Both the position numbers and the translations under genes were made by a program. From the NCBI GenBank assembly GCA_000708835.1, contig DF237089.1:1-64000 (forward strand): DNA of 64,000 nt. Direction: 5' to 3'. Below, one piece after another: positions 27,501-37,544 of the stretch. This DNA comes from Klebsormidium nitens. Its lineage: Eukaryota; Plantae; Klebsormidiophyceae. The notes beneath the pieces were generated by a model, which was not told the DNA's origin, searched no databases, and saw only the letters and a program-made list of their open reading frames with translations. The number at the start of each line of letters is the position of its first letter. The stretch's first letter is position 1.

Positions 27501-30270
27501 AGGACCGGCCAAGACGGTCCTTGCTGTTGACGATCGTATCTCAGGTCGGAAGCGGCGCTCCCTGTTTTCTTCCCCGATCTGCAGATGAAGCTACGCAATA
27601 CCCAGGAAGTGGATGCTCCAGTGGTTTTGCAAAAAGTTGACACAATTGTTACGATGTTTGCAAGATGTGGAAAAGGTCACGTTCAGATTGGGTTGCCATG
27701 TTTTCGGGGCCGTTGCGCACCAGCTCTGTATTTGATTTCGAGGTCCGTCATCGAGAGTGTATGCTTCAACATACTGATTCCTAGCAAGCTCTGCAAAGAC
27801 CGGGGCGCGGCGCACAGACATTCCGTCATCAGATCCTGGTCGAGTATCTTCTGCACAATGCTTCGCAATTCCCATTAACATCCCGCCCCGTCGGTGGCAG
27901 GCAAGCGCCGCTCATCACTGCGTACGACGACGCGCGCGCGACCGGGAACCCCTGGAACTGGTGGTACGCTCGCGTGTGCGCGCGGCACGCAATCACCATG
28001 TCAGCCAACTTCTATCACGTGGCGACGCTTCATTGGCCGGTCGAGACCGTCCGGGTGGCGCTGAATCGGGCGCTGTCCGAAAGCCACCCAGTCCGGGCGC
28101 TGCTATACCCTTTCATGGGCTACGCGTCCGTGCTCAACACGGCAACCAGGGTGCCCGGAGCGCTGCCGCTCAAACTTACCGGGCAGGTACGATACCTGCA
28201 CTGAGCGCGCGTGTTCTCAGCGCAAGGTAATGAAGGTCTTTTCAAATGGATTGGGCCGGTGATCTGTGTTCCACCGGGGACATGCAGGCGCCGTGGTCAA
28301 CGGACGGCGCAAAGCTTCGTCTCGGGTTCCACACGGTTTGGCTAAGCAACAAGTAGACGGACTGGAAGCAATCAGCTATCTTTTGCCGTTGTCACATGAA
28401 TCTTCAAATTCTCGTAATGCTCCGTTAAGCAGAGTAGGATAGCGCAAACTTCCTTACACGGCTGGGTGCGTGAACCGTGCCGTCGACGCTCGCAGCTCGC
28501 GGCCCCCCATTTCTCCTGCTCGAGTTGCCCAGGCAGTACAAAAGCAATTTGAACGGCTCAAAAGCTAGAACGTCCATCACAAGTCGCGGGACGGACGTGG
28601 GTGGTCAAGCATACTCTGATGGAAACGCGAAGAGCTGTCATTGATAAGCCGATAAGACGTTAACATGAAGCGCAAACTTCCAATGACGGGGGTCTCGATC
28701 ATTTCTTGCAGGGCCAGGCCACTCTGGTAAGCAACATCCTGGGCAATACGAGCTTCGTCGACTCATACGACTACGTCGCCAGCCTGGAGCGGCGCGGGCT
28801 GACCGCGCCGGCCGCAGGCGCGCCCGACTTCGCGGAGGTTTCGGAGATGCGCGACCTCCTGATAGCGCTGTGGGGCGTCCAGGATGACTTCGCGGCCGCG
28901 TTTGTGAACGCCACGTATGCGGAGGATGCTGACGTGGAAGCCGACGCGCCACTGCAGGTGGCTATGTTATGCAAACCCCTGCCTAGTTGCGCTGCGTCTT
29001 TTTCGGCTCCGCGCATCCCCAAAATGGACAGGAAAATTTGCAGGTTTCTTGCTCCAGTTTTGAAGGCAGTGCAGTTGGCGTGCTATGCTATTTCGATTCT
29101 TACGAGGAGACTCAGGATTGGAATCCAGTCCTCTCAGACTGGGTGATGATCTACAAGTATTGTCTCTCCTTCTAAGCTGCTCGACCTTCTGAGTTTGCTG
29201 CTCGAAATCGAAGTCTTTGTGAGGCAACAACTGGACAATCTCACGTCATCCCTTGAACGCAAAACTACTGCAATTCCTCGGTCCTCTAATCTGATCCCTT
29301 CTATATTCCAAGGTCTGAAAGGTCTTCAGAACCGGTCATTAAACCGGTTTGTTACCCCCGCTTCCCCACCCAGGACTTCGTCACGGAGCTCTCTCACCCC
29401 GACCGCGGCAACTTCGGCAACCTGACCCGCTCAGGGCAAGTCGCCACCCGGGGCGATCTGGCTGGCGTGCTGACCCGCCTCCTCCACCGCCGGGTCATTC
29501 ATGGAGCAGCGGGTGAGTTCCACACTATCCCCTTTGCTGTTCGTTCTTGGCCGCGCACGCGAAAATGGAGAGCCTTCGGACGCCACGCCGAACGCTCTTA
29601 GGCGCCTCGGAATAACAATTTGAACGCCACGTAAAAAGCTTTTGGACGCCTTCTAGACCTAGTGGCACCTCTCGGCGCTCCAATTCGGACGCCCTGGTAG
29701 CTAGCTTTGGGTAACACTCCGGACGCCCTGGCAGCACCATGCGCCGGACCCGTTTGCCCCGAAACCAGATTTGAAGTCCTCAAATTGCCTTCCCATCAGT
29801 TGCGACTGCAGACCAATACAGCGGTGAGAGCAAATCACAACCGAAGGAAGACCTCTCGCTTTACGTCCTCTCGCCTCCTCTAGATCGATAAAGGGATCTC
29901 GATCCAGAAACCGTCCACGTGGCGCCTTGCAGGCCCGGTATGGCAGGCCCAGGCGATCGTGTACCCGACCACTTACGTTCCGGTGCTGCGGGCGGCGCCC
30001 CTGCTGGGCCGGATGCAGGAGTCCACGCTCCTCAACGCATTCGGCACGCGCCTCGACGTCGTCGAATTCCTCGACTTCTTTTTCTTCGCCCTCGCGCCCG
30101 CCCCGAAGCCGATGGCCGCCTGGCAGGGCGGGGACTTCTTCCCCGGGGGCTCGGCCCTATCGGCGCTGGTGGACGAGTACATCGGGAACACAACCGCCGC
30201 CCTCAGGGCGCACGATCGGAACGGCACGTGGAACATCGCGGCCACGTGGGGGGGCCTGACCGCTGGGTGA
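24574..30270 (+). CDS. Membrane-anchored lipoxygenase-like domain (no PLAT domain seen); exons 11-17 of the probable ABCG-LOX fusion
   Basis: Exons 24574-25062, 26166-26375, 27073-27218, 27901-28186, 28712-28957, 29374-29512, 29933-30270; phases consistent. LOX-like segments: DKELGSFQ, GRLYMANY...APKILFYLLDSGELVTVAIQLGQNP, WWYARVCAR..HVATLHWPVE..ALNRALSESHPVRALLYP, LERRGL, YAEDADVEADAPLQ, LTRLLHRRVIHGAA. Hydrophobic helix AAFLLLGILKLAIVVAFSAYFF precedes them. Confidence 0.85.
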
Positions 30271-30381
30271 TCGTGTTGGGAATGGAAAGATTGGTCACTT
30301 GACCCTTCTAAGTAGGTATCTTCCAGAAGTTCATGTTTTTTCCTACATACACTGACGTGCCAGCTTGACTTGGGCTTTGTA

Positions 30382-30444
30382 GGATAGTCTTTATGGGATA
30401 GGCTTTATGGGATAGTCTCTATGGGATAGGCTTATGGGAAATAG
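30382..30444. repeat. Short tandem repeat, ~14-bp unit ATGGGATAG(T/G)CT(T/C)T, ~4.5 copies
   Basis: GGATAGTCTTT ATGGGATAGGCTTT ATGGGATAGTCTCT ATGGGATAGGCTT ATGGGAAATAG, starting about 110 bp after the LOX-module stop. Confidence 0.85.
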
Positions 30445-32721
30445 TGATGTAAACGAGTTGCAACGTCGCTTTGACGCTGAATTCTGCAGGCTAGCAGTGG
30501 CAGCTTTGGGTCCGGGTCCAACATGAGGTCTAGTACGATTAGACAGTACTTTTTCTTGTGCAGGATACTCAGTTGTTCTAAAGACGGGTCTACAAAGAGA
30601 CAGGGTTGCTCGCTAGCTGCATAGCTCCACCAACTCTAGACAGGTCCCAGGTGTTGCGTGCACCGTTGTTAGGTTCATCGTCTCAGACAGTCGCATCGGA
30701 CAGGTTAATGCAATCACTTGGCCGCCAGACTTTCTTTCCTAATTGGGAAATCAAATCACACGCTTTCTCTTGACAGACACCTTTTGATAAGCCATCTTTC
30801 GAGTCATGTTCAAGCTGAAATATCAGCAGACGGGCTGACGCGTCTATGTGAGTACGTGTGCCAGCTAATCAGAACAAAGACTGAAGGTACGACTTGAATC
30901 CTGCAATTCAGAACTCGACGTGACGGAAGATTGTAGTACGTGGTATAATCACGCATCATGGCTTTGTCTACAATAGGTCTACGTACCTCTTGACTGATAG
31001 ATTACCATGTCGGGTGTCAATCAATCATGAAGGGGAGGATTAGCAAGCTGGAAGAGACGTCCTTGAGAATGATCAAGCGAAAAGCAATTTGCCTAAACCC
31101 TGCCTAAGACCCACTCGGCATGCCGAGCGTATGGTTGGCAGGTCTGGCAGCGTGAGGCATGCCTAAGACAAGCCCAAAAGCAGCCTGATACATGCCTATT
31201 AAAGTGCCTGCGAAACCCGGCTGTAAAGTGTCACCTACGGCTTGCATGTTACTTCTGCCCAACGTCATCAATCTGGCACTTTGAAAACAAGGGACGACGA
31301 GTAGCATCAAGAGCGGGCCCGTCTTAATGCCAGCCGCAAATGTGCGCACACACTCAAGTCCTGCAAATTTGCGACCAGAGTCCGGCCAGAATAGCTTTAT
31401 GGTTCAAAAGCGTAAAAGCGGGACAGCGCATGGGCGCCGTGCAGCGATCATGCAAGTCATAATATGCACTACTTGAGCGTCTGGTCCCAGTAACATTGTG
31501 AATTCAGTATGTGAGTATATGCTTGTACGCGTTATATAACAAAGTGCTGGCTAGGCATAAGACAGGTAGAGCGCGGTGCGCATATTTCGGCCGCACGCGC
31601 TGCCTACGCGCTGGCTGTGCACAATTTTCGCGAGTGACTATGTTGGGTCGACGCTAGCTAAAGCTAGCTCATTTGCAATAATTACATGCAGATACTGTAA
31701 CCAATATGCATTTACGTGCGATTCGAGCAGCACGGAAGCTTGATCGAAGCACGATCGAAGGCCCCTCACAGGGAGTTTTCGCAGCTTTCAGAGTATTGTG
31801 TCTCACCGGACAAATAACGGCTGCGGTGCCTTTTGTTGACTTCCCGTTGCGGCTCCGCGACAGGCGCCATTGACTAAAAGAGTGTATCCAAACAATAAAG
31901 GTTCTTATCCAATATTGGCCGCTCAGGCCCGAGCTTTTTGCACTTCGACTCCGAGCGCCCCTTCACCTGCCCCTGCAATAGCTGGCGGCCGTTCTTTACA
32001 ACCTTCGACAATGACGAAATTTTAATTACTCATACGCAACAGTGCGGCACCGTGCAAGCGCATTGCAAATTCACTGGGTCAGGACTCAGAACGGGTCAAA
32101 GTGTGCCAAAACCGTGGCAGGACTACTTGGGAGACAAAAGTTGAAGAGACAAAAGCACAGAGATTCGAGAAGGAAGAGAAAGAAATCAAAGACAAGGGGC
32201 AAATAAGTTGACGGGCTTCGTATACGGTATGTTCCTCATGTATACGTACAGGGGAGCCACGTGATGGTTGAAACCTCAAACCCTTTGACCCGTTGGTGGG
32301 AGCATTTTGAAAAAGACGGCCGCGTTGCCGGAGCAGCCGGCCGCGTGACTGGGACATCTGCCTCTAGCGCGCTTGATTTATTGCATCATGCCGCAGCTCC
32401 CAGCCGCAGCCTACTACAGCTAGCTCGAGAACTTGCCAGATCGAGCGCTTTTCGAAAAGGAGAAGCCCCCCCTGATCAGTCAATTTGTTAGTTGCAAGTG
32501 GCGATGCGCTCTTCAATTGGATTACCTAGTACTACCTAGTAGAGATCTGACTTGCATTCTGGTGGTTGGAACATTTTAGGAAGGTTTTCTTTTAGGAGGT
32601 TGGGGCCAAGAGAGAAATCGTTGGTGCGCTCCTTCGCGGGATGCTGACATCCTAAGCAGTCATGTCTTCGTCGCCCCCCTCTCTGTTTCTGGCCAATGCG
32701 CCTCCCATCCCTGTTCCCCAG

Positions 32722-32850
32722 GACAGGAATGAGTACAGCACAACAGCCCTAGGCGTGTCTGTAGGGGTCACGGCCGGGCTGATCCTCTGCTGCATTGCCC
32801 TCGCTTGCTATGCAGCAGGCAGGAGGAGGAAGCAGCTCATCTATGTGTGA
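32722..32850 (+). CDS. Orphan terminal exon encoding a single TM helix and basic tail (possible extra 3' exon of ABCG-LOX, or part of a 62-aa ORF from 32662)
   Basis: Pyrimidine-rich acceptor ccctgttccccag, then DRNEYSTTALGVSVGVTAGLILCCIALACYAAGRRRKQLIYV*: a hydrophobic stretch followed by an RRRK stop-transfer. Confidence 0.45.
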   Translation, partial: DRNEYSTTALGVSVGVTAGLILCCIALACYAAGRRRKQLIYV

Positions 32851-33312
32851 CACAGCCCCTGGGCCCTGGGCACAAATTTGCAGGGCTGTTTGCAAATGAG
32901 AATGAGTACCTTTGAACAGAGCCCATGAGATTGGTGAATGGAATTTGTAGGGTGGCAGAATATTACCCATTGAGAGATGTTTGTCGTTGTTTCAGAGGAC
33001 ACTGCTCGTGACAATCAGAAGCATAGTCAGTGCGCTCATTCGGAGGGTGGCTAATGCAGGCTTGCAGACTTCCCTTTCTTCTCTGACAAATCGCAAAGCA
33101 GAGCTTTGTCGGCAATGGCACCATCACGAGGGCTGCTTTCAGCAGTCTATTAGGGCTTGAGGTCGCAGAGCATGTAGCTGATCCTTCACTGCCAACACAA
33201 CTAATCTACACAGGGGGACTAAAGAGCGCCTCTGACACGCTAATTGTTCATTGGCATCGCTACCACATTCTAGATTTTGGGGTCACTAATTTGCTGCTCG
33301 TGACGCTCCAAC

Positions 33313-36287
33313 ATGCAACGGTTTCTGTCGAGTTGCCTGCATTTGGGGGCCTGTCAGACGGTGATCCCTCTGCGGGGCTGCTTGGACCTTCCGGTGCGCC
33401 CGTCCTTGCCCAAGTTCAGGCATGTCATGCCCAGGTGTGTCACAGGCACGGCACTGGCCAGCGGCAGGAGTGAGGCCCTCACACCGCAGTGGTTGGAGCA
33501 GCAACTGAGGGCAGCGGGGGCCGAGAAAGGGGCTGCGCTGGCCATGGCAATCTCTGGTGAGCCTCGCACGCTCCCAACCCAAAATTGCTCGGTGATGGGT
33601 AATCAAGGGTCTTGCATTCAAGTTCATTGTGCCCCTCATTGAGAAGCTCTGCAAACTCACTTGAGCCACTGTTTTCCCTGCTGTGTATATTCGAACAACT
33701 AGACTTGATGAGTTGGACATACTGAGAGTGGCTTCTTCACCCTTACTGGTAGCTGGTGGCCACCCATGCTTGCGCTGCTTCCTGACAGTCAGAAAAGCAA
33801 GGGGATGTCTTTGTGCCCCACCCTGTAAGGGTGCTGCTGGTTGGAGAGTTGTTCTGCGTATCCGCCTATTGACGGACAGCCTTTCCGGTTCAGGGGGCAG
33901 CGACAGCATGGCTCTGGCAGTCCTGGCTGCGCGCCTGCCAGGCCCCCCTGTGACGGCGCTGGTGGTGGACCACGCGCTGCGCCCGGAGAGTGCGGCAGAG
34001 GCGCGCCAGGTGGCAGCCTGGCTGGACGTCCTGGGGTTGCAGCAGCAGGTGCTTACGCTGGAGTGGCCCCACGGGCTGCCCACTGCCGCAAAAGTGCAGG
34101 AGGCAGCCAGAGAGGCGCGGTGAGCACACCCGCCCTTCCTGAGCTGAGGGTGTGGTAGTCACCATAAGTTGGGCTGCAAAATCTCGAAACCACCGGCATT
34201 TGGGTTACTCCTTGTTTAGTTGCTCGGGACTGAGCTTCTTAGCCCCTCAGGTTCTTCATTGTATCAGAAAGCAGCATCAGTCCTTCCTCCGAGGACCATT
34301 GCCCGACACCCGGCATCTTGTGCAGCTATGATGCGCTGGCAGGCGTGTGCCACGCGCGTGGGCTGACCGCGCTGCTAACCGCGCACCACTGGGACGACCA
34401 GGCGGAGCTGCTGCTGATGCGCCTCTCGCGCGCCAGCGGCCTAGCGGGCTTGGCCGGCATGGCGCCCTCCTCGCAGCGCGTGCTGGCGGGGCGGCCCCTG
34501 CGCCTGGTGCGCCCACTGCTGGGGGCCACCAAGGCACAGCTGCGGCAGGTGAGGGGCGGGACGGTAGAGCAGCATTTAACAAGCCGAGAATCTAAGATCA
34601 GTCACCCAACGCATCTTGTATTGACAATCTCCAATCGACCCTCCTGAGGTGTACCCTGTCAAGGGTATAGCAGGCCCCTGAAACATTCCTGGATCGGCCA
34701 TGCTTGTCCTTCACAATTGTGCCTGTGCCAGGGCCTGCCTGCTTGCCCTCTTGCTGCCCACTGCTGATGGCGCGTATGCTTTGTCTGCTGCAGGTGTGCT
34801 GTGCTGCAGGCCAGGCCTGGGTGGAGGACCCCAGCAATGCGATGCCTGTTTACCTGCGGAACCGGGTGCGCGCCGTGCTGCAAGACCCGCACTCAGGTGA
34901 GCCCGCCCACCTGGCTGCCACATTAACAATGTGTCCCAGCTTTAATTCTTCGACATCTTGATATGGCCATCTTGATCTTCGCCTATCTGCCTTTTCTCAT
35001 AGTCACGCAATGCTGGTACAGCGACATGCTTGTGTGCTGTCGCAAAAGCCGAAAGCTTTGTCCAAGTGAGTTTCAAAGGGCCCCTCTGAAACTGGCGCTG
35101 GGCAACCTGAGCCGTCGACATTGTCAACTAGAAACGCGCAGAGCAGCTTGACGACATGCTGCGCAGAGGCGCTGTTGTGTGCCTTAAAAGAGGCGCACTG
35201 GGGTGTGATCACCTGTGTGGCATGCTGACCGATTGTACGTCTGTCCAGGTGTGTCCTCCAGTGACGTTGGGGCAGCGCTGGCGCTGTGCGGCCACCTCAA
35301 GGCCCGCCTAGAGGAACAGACGCAGGCGGTCCTAGAGCATGCGACTCGCACAAAGCGGGTATGTGAACAAAGGAACGCCCAAATTTTTAACCCCGCCGCT
35401 TACGATCTAGCTCCCCTGCTGATTACAAGAAGCTCGTGGCTTTTATGAGCTCAATCTACCGCCCAGTTTTGGCCGTGCTTCAATCCCTGCACCGTCTCGA
35501 GTAGAGTAAACCATCGTGCATTCAGCGAAGGGAACTTCTTGAGCAAATTTGTTAATGGATACGGTAGGAAGAATGATGGGAACCAATCGGGCGTCCACTG
35601 GTGCGGATTGGGCAGTCTATTGCACTTCTAGGAAAGCAGCACCTCATGAACGGCAGAGGTGTCGTGCTTTGGCTCCAGGGCAGCTTCCTTCTCCCGGCCT
35701 CTCGTGCCACCTGTATTCGTCTACGATGCACTGATGTCGCATTATCGGCGCCGGTTGCAGGAGGGCCGTCACGTGGTCGACCTGGCCTCCCTGGCCGCGG
35801 CTCCCCCCGTGGTGCAAGCGGCCGTCGTACAGAGCATCGTGCACGCCGTGGGTCCGCCTCGTGGCGGCCGACCTGCCAAGAGCCGGGCCGTGGAGGCGCT
35901 GCTGACGTATCTGGCCAAGGTCAGAGAATGCTCCACCGACATGCTGACGTTGTTGAGGCCTTTCAGAAACGGTCGACTCTTTTGAATTGGCCGGCAGGCT
36001 TCTCGTCGAACAACGTGCAGGCTGGGAGACGGAAGTCGGATGCTCGGGCAGGGGAGCAACGATTGGATGTTCCTGATCCTGTTGTGGAGCTCTCTTCGAT
36101 GCCTGCGAGTCTTGGTCCTTCGACATTGTCAAAGATACCGACATATCTATGGCGTCGTCAGGAGCAGTTGGGACGCAGGCCGGGCTTATACGGGCGCCTA
36201 TCCTATGCAGGGACCTCGGAGAGCTGCCTCCTTTTCTGTGGGACGGACCGAGGTGCAAGCGTATCCAGAAAAAGGGGCGGCTGGTAG
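33313..36287 (+). CDS. tilS: tRNA(Ile)-lysidine synthase (TilS/RSY3-like) with N-terminal organelle-targeting-like extension (~443 aa, 7 exons)
   Basis: Exons 33313-33556, 33894-34119, 34326-34548, 34794-34896, 35249-35358, 35761-35919, 36021-36287 (last exon less certain). PP-loop [57 protein letters not shown]. Confidence 0.9.
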
Positions 36288-37544
36288 GATTGTCTTCACT
36301 AGACGTCGCTCTGACGAGTAGAAGGATGTTCGAGAACATCTTGGTAGGATTCTAGGGGACCGTACTCACTGCTCGCTTAGAACTGACATTACGGATCACG
36401 AGAAGGAAGTCTTGCGGATCCTTCTCGAGTCGGTACATTCAAGTAATAAATGTTAGACTAGCATACCGACTGAGGGACAGTGCAAGATTGATTCGAGAAA
36501 CTTAGGGTGTGCATACAACATGGTGACGATCCATGTACGTGCAGCAAAACAAGAACCATCAAAACTCTTCGTAAACGGCCAGGTCGGATTGACAGCCAGG
36601 TCGATCGTCAATAAGCAAGAGCGAGCTTGGTGCTGACCGCATGCATTCGATCGTGACCCTGACCATATGATTGTACGTTGGAGCGAGCTCTGGGAACACT
36701 GACTTATTAGGATCATGCATGACATGTGCGCGTGCAAAGGCCGAGGCTGCCAAGGATCTTGGCCTATATTTGCTATAGATACTTTGCACTGCGCGGCCCG
36801 CCCGCCGCCCAGCCCATGTTCATGCATGCTGCCGCCATGAATCGATTGGGACTTTATTAACCTCATGGCACCCATTATCAAATGCAAGATTATCCCTATA
36901 GTATATATACAATCAAAAGTACGCCGGCATGTGGAATTCGACTATAGGATTCACTATACATATATAAGGATCATGGGTGACTGATCAATCTAAGATCAGC
37001 GCGCGTGTGCACATGTACAAGGGCGCCATCGACTCGATCCTACTGCATAGTTTCTAGGTAGGCGTGTGCTCTGAAATACACGGTCATTGTCCATTGGGAG
37101 TGTGCGAATGGCGGCCGGCCGCCCCCCGGGCTTGCTCAAATTGTCTTAAACCTTTGGAAACAAATCGTCGGCTCCGAGAGCTGGGTCTGCAACAAGCTAT
37201 GTTTGAGTTGGAACTTAGTTTTTGCTAGCCTAGTACCGCCAACAGCAGATTGAGGCACTACTCACCATGATCTGTGCTTTTCCGCTCTGCATGAGAGCCC
37301 TCTCCCAATGTTTATGGTCACATGCAATCTGGAAGCAAGCCGGTATGAAAACGGCTGGCTAAAAGGACCCCCTTGTCGGAGCGACTTTTTTGCTGAACCT
37401 GTGGGCCTCTCGATCAGCCGATCGCAGCACTGGGTCCACGACCACCATTTTTCAAGCAGCAGACTCAACGCCTCAAGGTGTCTTAGTCGCAGGCCGGGAC
37501 GGTTCGTAGCGATGTTCGTGAAATAACCTTGGCTGGCAGGCTGT

